Shown piece by piece: positions 53,952-64,000 of a stretch of 64,000 nucleotides of DNA. Each line of letters opens with the position of its first letter. Position 1 is the stretch's first letter. Source of the stretch: an uncultured Bdellovibrionales bacterium (GTDB lineage: Bacteria > Myxococcota > XYA12-FULL-58-9 > JALHOP01); contig CAZAER010000013.1 in assembly GCA_964484195.1 (NCBI GenBank), forward strand, positions 54,361-118,360. The letters are read 5' to 3'. The notes beneath the pieces are model-generated. The model ran no database searches, was not told the DNA's origin, and saw only the letters and a list, made by a program, of their open reading frames with translations. Position numbers and translations under genes: made by a program.

Positions 53952-54398
53952 TTACGACTTCTTGGGACGCTTCGAGTTGAGCGGCACGGCGTAGAGCTCG
54001 AGCCGGTGACCCACGAGCTGGTAACCCAACTTCTCGGCGACCTTGTGCTGGAGAGCTTCGATCTCGGCGTTCTGGAACTCGATGACCGTGCCGCTTTCGG
54101 TGTCGATGAGGTGATCGTGGTGCGTGTCGCGCGTTTCTTCGTAGCGGGCGCGGCCATCGCGGAAGTCGTGACGTTCGAGGATGTTGGCTTCCTCGAAGAG
54201 CCGCAGGGTGCGGTAGACCGTGGCGATGCTGATGCGCGGGTCGATTTCGGTGGCGCGGCGATAGACTTGGTCGACGTCGGGGTGATCTTCGGCGTCGGAA
54301 AGCACGCGAGCGATGACCCGGCGCTGGTCGGTCATACGGAGGCCGCGCTGCTCGCAAAGCTGCTCGAGACGCGACGCGTTGGTTGGGCTTCCGGTCAT
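53952..54398 (-). CDS. fur: Ferric uptake regulator family protein
   Basis: GLRMTDQR, HPDV, ATVYRTL, HHDHLI. Confidence 0.93.
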   Translation of the reverse strand: MTGSPTNASRLEQLCEQRGLRMTDQRRVIARVLSDAEDHPDVDQVYRRATEIDPRISIATVYRTLRLFEEANILERHDFRDGRARYEETRDTHHDHLIDTESGTVIEFQNAEIEALQHKVAEKLGYQLVGHRLELYAVPLNSKRPKKS

Positions 54399-54468
54399 GG
54401 CGTGAAAGCTAGTCTATCGATCATCATAGATTGGCGGCAAGAGGCGCTTCTCTGTACCGTATACGCCG

Positions 54469-55854
54469 ATGAGTGACGCCAACACGGACGGCCTCCTCGG
54501 GCGTCTCGCCGTTCACTACAAGCTCGTTACTTTAGACCAGCTCAACGAAGTCACCCGCGATCAGGCGCGCGCCGGCGGAGCCCAGCCGCTCGGGCAGCTG
54601 CTCGTCGCCAAGGGGATCATCAGCGCCGCGCAGCTCGAGCAGCTGATGAAGGTGCAACGCGAGTACGTCGCGAAGCAGCAAGCAGCGGCACCGAAGCCCG
54701 CGCCCGCTCCGGCACAGGCCTCGTCAGGCCCTGTCGCTGGCGCCGCCGCGCAAGCAGTCGCGAACATGGCGGCGATGCGCCGTCCGACGGTGAGCGCCAC
54801 CGCCAGCGGCGGTCATATCGAGATTCTCACCAAGGCGGTTGCCGACGGCGCGAGCGACATCCATTTCCACGCTGGCGCACCCATACGCTATCGCGTCCAT
54901 GGCGTCTTGCACGACGTCGAGGCCGACCCATTGACCCGCGAGCGCGCCGAGTCGTTGGTCATGCAGCTCCTCGACGAAGGACAACGCGCCGTCCTCGCCG
55001 AGAAGGGCCAAGTCGACTTCGCCTACACGCTCGATGGCGTCGGGCGTTTTCGCGCCAATGCCTACCGCCAGCAGCGCGGAGTCGATTGCGTGCTTCGCGC
55101 CATCTCCGAGAAGCCGCCGACTCTGCAGCAGCTCGGGCTCCCTGCGTCACTCGCCAAGTTCACGAACTTCCACCAGGGCATGGTCCTGCTCACTGGTCCG
55201 GCTGGATGTGGCAAGTCGTCGACGCTCGCGGCGCTGGTCAACATCATCAACGAAGAGCGTCGCGATCACATCATCACCGTCGAAGACCCCATCGAATACG
55301 TGCACGTGCCCAAACGCTGCTCGGTGAATCAGCGCCAGGCTGGCAAGCACACCGCGAGCTTCGCGCGGGCATTGCGCGGCGCGCTGCGTGAAGACCCCGA
55401 TGTCATCGCGCTCGGTGAGCTCCGTGACCTCGAGACCATCTCGCTCGCATTGACCGCGGCCGAGACCGGCCACTTGGTGCTCGCGACCCTGCACACGAAC
55501 AATGCCATTCGCACGATCAATCGCGTGCTCGGCGTGTTTCCTCCCGAGCAGCAAGCGCAGATCCGCACCATGGTTTCGGAGTCGTTGCGGGCGGTCGTCT
55601 CGCAGCGGTTGATCCCGCGCGCCGACGGCAAGGGGCGCGCTCTCGCGCTCGAGATCCTCGTGGTCAACAAAGCAGTCGGCAACCTCATCCGCGAAGACAA
55701 GACCTTCCAGATCCGCAGCGCCATGCAGACGGGCGGCTCCCAAGGCATGGTGCTCCTCGATGACGCGCTCAAGGACCTCATCAAGAAGGGCGTCATCACG
55801 CTCGACGAAGCCATGAAACACGCCGAAGAGCCGGCGAAGCTGAAGGGGGCGTAA
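54469..55854 (+). CDS. pilT: PilT-family retraction ATPase with N-terminal MshEN-like domain
   Basis: ASDIH, GPAGCGKS, TVEDPIE, LREDPD, TLHT, AVGNLIRE. Confidence 0.88.
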   Translation: MSDANTDGLLGRLAVHYKLVTLDQLNEVTRDQARAGGAQPLGQLLVAKGIISAAQLEQLMKVQREYVAKQQAAAPKPAPAPAQASSGPVAGAAAQAVANMAAMRRPTVSATASGGHIEILTKAVADGASDIHFHAGAPIRYRVHGVLHDVEADPLTRERAESLVMQLLDEGQRAVLAEKGQVDFAYTLDGVGRFRANAYRQQRGVDCVLRAISEKPPTLQQLGLPASLAKFTNFHQGMVLLTGPAGCGKSSTLAALVNIINEERRDHIITVEDPIEYVHVPKRCSVNQRQAGKHTASFARALRGALREDPDVIALGELRDLETISLALTAAETGHLVLATLHTNNAIRTINRVLGVFPPEQQAQIRTMVSESLRAVVSQRLIPRADGKGRALALEILVVNKAVGNLIREDKTFQIRSAMQTGGSQGMVLLDDALKDLIKKGVITLDEAMKHAEEPAKLKGA

Positions 55855-55856
55855 CC

Positions 55857-56923
<1,067 letters not shown>

Positions 56924-56927
<4 letters not shown>

Positions 56928-58231
56928 GTGCGCCGGCGCACGCGGACCGCCGCGAGCGCTAGGAGCACCCCCAACCACGCGACGTTCGACTTGGCCTGGG
57001 CGCAGCCGTCGTCTTCGGCGGCATCGTCATCATGATCGTGATCGCCGTCATCCTGGTCGTGCTCGGCTTCTTCGATGATGCACGTGGCATCGCAGCCATC
57101 GCCCGCGGTGGTGTTGCCGTCGTCGCAGGTTTCGCCGCTGTCGACGACGCTGTCGCCGCAACCGGCATTTTGGCAATCGCCGCGGCAGGTATCGCCGCTC
57201 ACGGTGTTGCCGTCGTCACAGTCTTCGTCGAAGTCGACGATACCGTCGCCGCACACCTCGTCGGTGCAATTGCCGCGGCAGCCGTCGTTGCTCACGGTGT
57301 TGCCGTCGTCGCATTGCTCGCCGGCGTCGGGCTGGCCATCGCCGCAGCCGACGTTGATGATCAGGCAGGTGCTGGTGCAGGTCGCGGTGTTCGGCGGCTC
57401 GCATTGCTCGCCCGTGGAGAGAACGCCGTCGCCGCAGTCGGGTAGCTGGCAGTCGTTGCGGCACGCATCGGTGTTCGTGCTGTTGCCGTCGTCGCATTCC
57501 TCGGTGGTCTGGGTGATGCCGTCGCCGCACTCCGCGTCTTTGCAGCGAACGCTGCACGCGTCGTTGTTCACGGTGTTGGCGTCGTCGCAATCTTCGCCAC
57601 TGTCTTCCGCGCCATTGCCGCAGTTGGCGAGGTAGTCACCGATGACGCCTGCGTTGTTGCGGGGTGTCGGCGTGCCGGCCGCGAAATCGGCGGCGCTATC
57701 GTTGGTGTCGTCGGTATCTTGGAGGCCATTGCCTCCGTCATTGCGGATGACTGCTTGATCGAGCGGCAGGCCGTTGGTCGGGTCGTACTTGTTGCCGAAC
57801 GCATTGACACCACTGCCGGCCGCGCCGTTGAAGCTGCCCCACGCGAAGCAGTCGACGAGGGTCGTGAAGCAGACTTTGCCGCCGACGCGGTCGATGATCG
57901 CATTGATGGTGAAGTCGGGCGTGACGTTCAGGCGGGTCGCGGCTGCCTGCGTCGCGATCAAGACGGTCATCTGACTGGCGCTGTTTGCGACGCTGTGGTC
58001 GAAGGTGATGGCCGTCTCGACGTTGTTGCGGTCGAAGACGTGCAAGACTTGTCCGTTGAACTGATTCTGTGCCGCCGAGAAGGCTTTGATCTCGATGTAC
58101 TGAACCGCCGCGTCGTACTGCGAGCCCGCGAAAACCTCGTTGATCTTGGTGGAGTGAAACGAGGCGAAGGAGGGCAACGGATAGGCGAGCACCGTGAGAA
58201 CGGCGGCAGCAGTCAAAACGCGCAATTTCAT
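56924..58231 (-). CDS. Myxococcus Cys-rich repeat (DUF4215-like) surface protein with MYXO-CTERM-like tail
   Basis: Signal peptide, KINEV..YIEI lamin-tail-like domain, about 6 CGDG..ECDDGN repeats, GC-TM-RRR tail. Confidence 0.88.
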
Positions 58232-58235
58232 CGAG

Positions 58236-59219
58236 CTAGCTCCGGCGACGTGTAACCACCGCGGCTGCTAGTGCAGCCACGGACAGGGGTGCGGACCCCT
58301 CGGCTTGGTTGTTCACAACCACTACGGAGCCGGCTTCGTGTCTAGCGATGATTTCGGCGAGCGCCTGACGATTTTCTGGATCGATGCCTCGGAGGGCGTC
58401 GAAGGGCTCGTACGCCTCTTTCGCCATCTCGTAGGTCATGCCGTCGGCGAGCAGCCAGCGGACGATCATCGGCTTGTCTTTGAAGGCCTCGAGAGCGCGA
58501 TATTGGGTTTCGACGGGCGGCATCGTCGGATGCACGTTGACGCAATGGACCGCGTTGGAGTCCGCTAGAGCGTGCACGTAGCGTGGTGTGAACAGCTCTG
58601 CGTTGCGCAGCTCGATGGCGTAGCAGGGACCTTGCGGTAGAGACGATAGGAAGGTCTTGAGAGCCGGGGCAAAGCCGGCCGAGCCGCCGAGCGCGTGCAC
58701 GTCTTGAGGCGAGAACTGGAAGAGGATGGCGCCGAGCTTGTCTTTCAAGCCTTCGACACAGGGCGCGACGACCGCGTCACCCGCGTAGGCCGCGTCGAGG
58801 AAGTAGGGATTGAGCTGACCACGTTGTGCGCCATAGCGGGCATGGAGGGGATAGCGGTGGATGGTGCAGAGCTCGTGGGCCTTCACGAGGAACCGGAAGT
58901 CGTCGGGGACGACCTCGGCGTAGGCACGAAAGGCGTCGCGATCGATGGGGCCGTAGTAGGTGCGGTCGAGACCGACGGCGCGCAGCAGCGGGTGTTTGGC
59001 ATAAGCGGCGAGTCCGTGGGCCGCGAGGGTCGAGGCGTTGTGGGTATCGGCGTAGACGAGACCGCGCCAGCCAGGGAATGACCACGACGATGTGCCGAAG
59101 CGGACGCCATGCGGGAGCCCAACGGCGAGCTCGTGCAGCTCGTCGGATACGTGCGCTGGCGCCACGCCTTCGATGACGGCCGCGGGACCGCTGAACAGGT
59201 CGAGCTGGGCCTTTCCCAT
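58236..59219 (-). CDS. DUF72 family protein
   Basis: FGTSSWSFPGW, DRTYY, FLVKA, LFQF, ELRN, VNNQAEG. Confidence 0.88.
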   Translation of the reverse strand: MGKAQLDLFSGPAAVIEGVAPAHVSDELHELAVGLPHGVRFGTSSWSFPGWRGLVYADTHNASTLAAHGLAAYAKHPLLRAVGLDRTYYGPIDRDAFRAYAEVVPDDFRFLVKAHELCTIHRYPLHARYGAQRGQLNPYFLDAAYAGDAVVAPCVEGLKDKLGAILFQFSPQDVHALGGSAGFAPALKTFLSSLPQGPCYAIELRNAELFTPRYVHALADSNAVHCVNVHPTMPPVETQYRALEAFKDKPMIVRWLLADGMTYEMAKEAYEPFDALRGIDPENRQALAEIIARHEAGSVVVVNNQAEGSAPLSVAALAAAVVTRRRS

Positions 59220-59254
59220 GGGCCTAGAATAACGCTCGGCTCTGACCAAATACA

Positions 59255-59296
59255 CATAGGCTCGGGGGACGCGGCGGGCGTTCCCCCGAGCCTATG
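59255..59296 (-). terminator. Long hairpin, probable terminator of 59317-59748
   Basis: Perfect 15-bp stem CATAGGCTCGGGGGA / TCCCCCGAGCCTATG followed on the minus strand by TGTATTT. Confidence 0.7.
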
Positions 59297-59316
59297 GCTC
59301 ATGGTGGGGTTTCGAC

Positions 59317-59748
59317 TTACTTCTTGGGCTTGATCCAGTGGTACAGGGCGCCGCCCGCGGCCATCGCGAGGAAGCCGCCGACCATCAGGGCGCCTGGAGC
59401 GACACCAGCGGTCGGTATGTGGCCGAGACCGGGGACCGCGTGCGAGCCGCCGATGGCGAGGAAGCCACCGTAGAAGAAGGCACCCATGCCGCCCACGCCT
59501 GCCGCGGTAGCCAGCAAAGTGCCGCCGTTGCGGCCGACCTTCTCGATGAAGCCCGGCTCTTTCTTGGGCTCCTCGACCATTTTCACGCGAACCGGACGAT
59601 CCCAATCGTCGTTCTCGGCATTGCCGGCGTAACGACGGACATAACCATCCGGACCACTCACGCGGCGCACGACGCGCTCTTCGGTATAGGTCAAACGCTC
59701 AGGTTGACGCGCGCGTGGAGCGGCGTCCCCACCGATACGGTAAGGCAT
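59317..59748 (-). CDS. Hypothetical protein with Gly-rich hydrophobic C-terminal half
   Basis: Own AT-rich upstream region and terminator; GxxxG-rich helices. Confidence 0.6.
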   Translation of the reverse strand: MPYRIGGDAAPRARQPERLTYTEERVVRRVSGPDGYVRRYAGNAENDDWDRPVRVKMVEEPKKEPGFIEKVGRNGGTLLATAAGVGGMGAFFYGGFLAIGGSHAVPGLGHIPTAGVAPGALMVGGFLAMAAGGALYHWIKPKK

Positions 59749-59823
59749 GTTGAAATCCGGGTTTTAAAGGAAGCTGAACTGGGACTTGGGAAAACTAGAA
59801 CGGGAGGGAATGAACCATAACGG

Positions 59824-60768
59824 TTATCGCAGTGCGTTGCGCCGCCGTTGCTTGGGAATCTTGGCCGGGAGGTGGGTCGCGAGAAAAGCGTCCACGTGCC
59901 GCCAGAACTCGCCGCGGACGCGATCGGTTTCGTGCATGACCTCGTGCCGTGAGCCGTGCAGGTGCACGAGCTGGCAGTGCGGGAGATCGCGCGCAGCGTG
60001 CTCGATGGCCGCGGTGTTCACCACGCGATCCTCCATGGCGGCGAACATCAGCAGTGGGGTGTCGATGGCGCGCAGGTACTCGGGCTTCTGCAAGAGCGCG
60101 ATCGAGCGAAAGGCGGCGTCGAGCCAGCCGAAGGTCACGCCGCCGAGCAGCAGCTCCGGATTTTCGCTGAGTAGGCGCACGCGCCGCTCGAAGCGGTCGC
60201 GGTCGCTCGTGCTCTCGTTGGTATCGAAGAGGTCTTCAGAGGGGTCGTAGTCGCGCATGCCCGGGATGTAGCGATGGGCGAGGCGACTGAGCATGCCGAG
60301 CTCGACGACGACCCGCGCGAGGCCGGGGGGGAAACGCCGCGTCGTCATGTCGATCATCGGCGCCGTCACTACCGCGGCGGTCACGGCGCCGGGGAAGTCG
60401 TGCAGGTAGCGCAACGTGATGTGCCCGCCCATCGAGTGCGCGAAGATGAACAGTGGCAGATCGTCCGTGTTCTCTTCGACCCGCTGCAAGAAGGCTCGCA
60501 TGTCGGAGAGGTACCAGGCGAAGCTCGCTACGTACCCGCGCTGGCGATTCGGGAGCGCGCGCGTCGACAGGCCCTGGCCGCGCCAGTCGAGAGTCCAAAC
60601 GTCGAATTGCCGCTCGTTCAGCTCGCGGGCGATCTCGTCGTATTTCTCCACGAACTCGTTGCGGCCGGTGAGGATCACTGCGACCGCTTTGGGCTTTGCG
60701 ACTTGCCAGCGGCCGTAGCGCAGGCGAACGCCATCGTAGGTGATGAGCCATTCGGTGGTGCGGCTCAC
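59824..60768 (-). CDS. pldB: Lysophospholipase L2-like alpha/beta hydrolase
   Basis: GRNEFVEKY, DWRGQGLS, AHSMGG, GGVTFGW, HEVMHE; GTG start overlapping maf stop. Confidence 0.85.
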   Translation of the reverse strand: MSRTTEWLITYDGVRLRYGRWQVAKPKAVAVILTGRNEFVEKYDEIARELNERQFDVWTLDWRGQGLSTRALPNRQRGYVASFAWYLSDMRAFLQRVEENTDDLPLFIFAHSMGGHITLRYLHDFPGAVTAAVVTAPMIDMTTRRFPPGLARVVVELGMLSRLAHRYIPGMRDYDPSEDLFDTNESTSDRDRFERRVRLLSENPELLLGGVTFGWLDAAFRSIALLQKPEYLRAIDTPLLMFAAMEDRVVNTAAIEHAARDLPHCQLVHLHGSRHEVMHETDRVRGEFWRHVDAFLATHLPAKIPKQRRRNALR

Positions 60769-61334
60769 GGCAAGACGACTCGGAGCTTGGCGAGCAAACG
60801 TACGAGCGCGAGCAGCGGCAGCCCGACGATGGCGGTGTGATCGTTCGAGGTCACGCGCTCGAACAGGGCGATGCCTCGCGATTCGAGGCGATAGCTGCCG
60901 GCGCAATCGAGCGGGCCGTCGGCGTCCACGTAACGCGCGATTTGCTCCGCCGCGAGCGCGCGCATCGTGAGCTCGGCAACTTCGAGATGCTCGTGCATCT
61001 CGCCGTTGCCGATGACCGTCATAGCGGTCACGAGGCGATGGCTGTCGCCAGACAGGCGCGTGAGCTGGGCGATGGCGTTGTCACGCGTCCCCGGTTTTCC
61101 CAGCTGCTGGCCGCGATGGATCGCGATCTGATCACTGCCGATGACGATATCGCGCGGCCGTTGTTTGGCGATGCTCTCGGCCTTGGCGCGGGCGAGAAAG
61201 GCGGCGAGCTCTTCCGGTGGACGACCGTCTTTGAGCGCTTCTTCGTCGACGGTAGGGGCCACCGCTTCGAAGGGGATGCCGGCACGCGTGAGGAGGTCGC
61301 GGCGGTGGCGCGACGTGCTGGCAAGAACGATCAT
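60765..61334 (-). CDS. maf: Maf-family nucleotide pyrophosphatase (YceF-like)
   Basis: IVLASTS..RR, IGSDQ, GKP, DCAGSY, IVGLP. Confidence 0.93.
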   Translation of the reverse strand: MIVLASTSRHRRDLLTRAGIPFEAVAPTVDEEALKDGRPPEELAAFLARAKAESIAKQRPRDIVIGSDQIAIHRGQQLGKPGTRDNAIAQLTRLSGDSHRLVTAMTVIGNGEMHEHLEVAELTMRALAAEQIARYVDADGPLDCAGSYRLESRGIALFERVTSNDHTAIVGLPLLALVRLLAKLRVVLP

Positions 61335-61425
61335 GATGTTGATGATGCCGCAAACCAGCCAGCTGTCGAAATTCGTCGCGGTCACAAATCTTGAAGACTT
61401 GCCGCGGACATGCCAGCCTTTCCTC

Positions 61426-61884
61426 ATGCAGCTCCTGGGGAGGAGAGTCGGCATCCTCGTTGCGGCGTGGCTTTTTGCCGGGTGCCCGCGCTACAGCCGA
61501 CAACCACCGCCGAACGGCGGTCACAGCGAGAGTAGCGGAGCCACCTTCGCTTCCAACGCCAATCGGGCCACGTCGCGTCCGGTTGCGGTCGACACCAGCA
61601 AGAATCCGACCTGCATCAACGGCCTCATCAAGACGACCGGGGCGGCCGAGATCCCCGTGGCTCGTGCCCGGGTGAAGGTGGCGCGCGGGGAGAGCGTGGT
61701 CGGTGAAACGACGACCGACGATCAGGGACGTTTCACCTGGTGCGCGCCGCGAGCCCTCGACGGTATGACGGTGCGCACGAGCGTGCACGTCGAGAAGGCG
61801 GCGTTCGTGAGTAGCGAGCGGGAGATCGACCTTCCCGTTGGCACGACGACGGAGCTCACCATTGGCCTCAATCCCAGCCCGTGA
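61426..61884 (+). CDS. Lipoprotein with carboxypeptidase-regulatory-like beta-sandwich
   Basis: Lipobox FAGC; PVARARV..TTTDDQGRF. Confidence 0.6.
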   Translation: MQLLGRRVGILVAAWLFAGCPRYSRQPPPNGGHSESSGATFASNANRATSRPVAVDTSKNPTCINGLIKTTGAAEIPVARARVKVARGESVVGETTTDDQGRFTWCAPRALDGMTVRTSVHVEKAAFVSSEREIDLPVGTTTELTIGLNPSP

Positions 61885-61888
61885 AGGC

Positions 61889-62623
61889 ATGCAGCTGCAC
61901 GTAGGCACCAGCGGTTACAGCTACGCCGAATGGAAGGGCAGCTTTTATCCCGAGAAGCTCCCTGCCAAGGACATGCTGAAGTTCTACGCCGGGTCGTTCG
62001 ACACGGTGGAGATCAACAACACCTTCTACCGGATGCCGCAGCCGTCGTTGCTCGCGGGATGGGTGGCTCAGGTCCCCGAGAAGTTCACCTTCGTGCTCAA
62101 GGCGCCGCGTCGTTTGTCGCACGGCAAGGCGTGGAGCGAAGATCAGGCAGGCTTCGATCTCTTCTCCAAGACCGCGCGCAATCTCGAGGGCCGACTCGGG
62201 CCGGTGCTCTTCCAGCTGCCACCGTTCGCCAAGAAAGACACGGAGCGGCTCGCGCGCTTGCTCTCGTACGTGCCCGAAGGTGTGAAGCTCGCGCTCGAGG
62301 TTCGCAATCCGTCCTGGCTCGACGACGAGGTGTTCGCTCTGCTCGGCAAGCACGATGCGGCGCTCTGCGTGTCGGACGACGATGTCGAGAAGCTCAAGTC
62401 GTCGAAGGAGCTGCCGGACATCGCCTCTTGGGGTTACCTGCGCTTGCGCAAGAGCGAATACAGCGACGCCGACCTGCGTACGTGGCTTACGCAGATCGGC
62501 GCGCGTTCATGGAAAGATGCTTACGTGTTTTTCAAGCATGAGGAGTCGGGATCGGCGCCTGCGTTTGCAAAACGCTTCCAGGAGCTTTGGGCTGAGGTTC
62601 GCGGAAGCGGACTCGGCCGGTGA
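61889..62623 (+). CDS. DUF72 family protein
   Basis: VGTSGYSY..W..FYP, VEINNTFY, LFQLPP, YLRLR, YVFFKH. Confidence 0.92.
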   Translation: MQLHVGTSGYSYAEWKGSFYPEKLPAKDMLKFYAGSFDTVEINNTFYRMPQPSLLAGWVAQVPEKFTFVLKAPRRLSHGKAWSEDQAGFDLFSKTARNLEGRLGPVLFQLPPFAKKDTERLARLLSYVPEGVKLALEVRNPSWLDDEVFALLGKHDAALCVSDDDVEKLKSSKELPDIASWGYLRLRKSEYSDADLRTWLTQIGARSWKDAYVFFKHEESGSAPAFAKRFQELWAEVRGSGLGR

Positions 62624-63821
62624 GCTGCATCACCAAGAACAGCGTGATGATGGCGAGGATGGTGATCGCGAGGCCCGTGAACCCGACCGCGAAGTGCGCC
62701 ATCGAGAAGCCAACCAGATAGACGAGCTGCGCCAGCCCCGCCTCGACGAGCGCGAAACGTGCCGACACCACGAGCCGCAGGTACGACACCACCAAGATGA
62801 CGCTCACGACACTGGCGAGCGCGAACGCTCCTTCCACCGGCAAGCGGTCCGCCGTGTAGGCGAAGAGCAAGTGGAAGGCGAAGAAGGCAGCGGCGATGAG
62901 CAAGTAGTTGAACGGGTGGATGCTGATCTTCCGCAGGCTCGAGAGCACGTAGATGATCACGAAGAAGAAGAGCAGCGACACCGGCGCCGAGAACGACATC
63001 TCGGAAGCGAGCTCGCCCGGCTGCAGGCGTGTCGGCGTCAACATGCCGATGCCGCGGCCCGTGACCACCTGCGTGAAGGTCCAGTTGAGCTGCCAGCCGT
63101 CGTTGGTGCGCGCCTTGTCCGAGGGTGACAGGCCCGAGGTCGGGTAGTCGATGTCGACGAAGTTGGTCAGCATCGACAGCTTGAAGCTCGTCAGCACGCC
63201 TTGTGCGGGCGTATATGACCACTGATCACTGCCGCGGGTTTTGTACTGCACGTGCAGCGCGATCTTGTCGCCGGGCCGGACGTTCAAGCTCATGCCGACG
63301 CGACCATCGGTCGGCGACAGCGAGGCCGCGTAGTCGGTACCGTTGATGACGAACTTGAAGTCATCGTAGAGGCCATACGCAGTCGGGAAGGCGAAACCGA
63401 TGGCGACGGTGCCGCTGAGCGGCTCGTTGTGTGTGTACGTCCAGTCCGCTGAAACGGCCGCGTCGTACAACGAGAACCACATGAGCCCCTTGCGACGCAG
63501 GTCGGAGTCGAGCTTGACGTCGATGGTCGTCGACTCGATCGACATGAGCTTTTGATGTTGCTCGACGATGGTGTTGCGCACTTTCACCAGCTTGCCGTTG
63601 GTGGTCTCGCTGCGAACCTCTTCGCGCTCGGTCGTCCAGTGGAAGACGAAGTCCGGCGGCCGCTGGTCTTGCGACGAGCCCCAGAGGTTGTCGACGGCGC
63701 CGTCCAGACGGCTCGAGACGTCGGCGGTGCGACTGCCCATGGTGCCGCCCAGGATCATCCACGCGATGCTGGCGACGATGAAGACGAACACGATGCCTAT
63801 GATGCGAGCTGCCGAATTCAT
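62532..63821 (-). CDS. creD: Inner membrane CreD family protein
   Basis: N-terminal TM, periplasmic domain, IHPFNYLL and multi-TM C-terminus. Confidence 0.75.
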   Translation of the reverse strand: MNSAARIIGIVFVFIVASIAWMILGGTMGSRTADVSSRLDGAVDNLWGSSQDQRPPDFVFHWTTEREEVRSETTNGKLVKVRNTIVEQHQKLMSIESTTIDVKLDSDLRRKGLMWFSLYDAAVSADWTYTHNEPLSGTVAIGFAFPTAYGLYDDFKFVINGTDYAASLSPTDGRVGMSLNVRPGDKIALHVQYKTRGSDQWSYTPAQGVLTSFKLSMLTNFVDIDYPTSGLSPSDKARTNDGWQLNWTFTQVVTGRGIGMLTPTRLQPGELASEMSFSAPVSLLFFFVIIYVLSSLRKISIHPFNYLLIAAAFFAFHLLFAYTADRLPVEGAFALASVVSVILVVSYLRLVVSARFALVEAGLAQLVYLVGFSMAHFAVGFTGLAITILAIITLFLVMQLTGRVRFREPQPKAPGSVLQTQAPIPTPHA

Positions 63822-64000
63822 GACCACGTCCTTGGCTAGAGCCGCGCCTTTCGCGGCAACGTGGTGAGATTCGCACCCCGCCGTGCAGTGCCGATTGCGG
63901 CCCTTGGGAAAGGTGGCGCCGAGATCGTGCAGAACCCGTGCAAGGCGGGCGTTTTGCTGAAAGAAGCGTGATCTGGCTCACTTGCGGCCCGGTCGGATGT

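Noticed and set aside
62532-62623. 92-bp convergent overlap of DUF72 and creD as a frameshift or antisense system
   Set aside because: Both proteins look complete; stop-codon drift in high-GC DNA explains it

Overview
High-GC, gene-dense bacterial chromosome segment, most likely Myxococcota (Cys-rich repeat protein with MYXO-CTERM-like tail, Pkn-type kinase, MJ0042 zinc-ribbon protein, paired PilT, tolQRAB). Housekeeping content: ccmFGHI, a peptide ABC transporter, an SPFH pair, tolQRAB, an ArsA/Get3 pair, lexA, an ECF-like sigma factor, pyk, fur, maf, pldB and creD. The standout is a ~10 kb minus-strand cassette (29376-39501) resembling a stand-alone, expanded type III secretion translocon locus: a tip/filament-like protein, a tandem-duplicated SycD/LcrH-like chaperone, three or four translocator-like proteins and a translationally coupled ABBA-prenyltransferase-like gene. 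No injectisome genes are in the window. A shared GTGTAWGT motif lies upstream of three of its genes, and an ECF-like sigma factor is encoded next door. Directly beside it is an unusual polyamine operon: GNAT-like gene, speD, and two BpsA-like proteins that each seem fused to a degenerate AdoMetDC-like domain. Also notable: a diheme cytochrome-porin fusion, a probable pseudokinase and apparently leaderless genes. All protein calls come from motif recognition by eye, not database searches. No rRNA, tRNA, CRISPR array or transposase was recognised.
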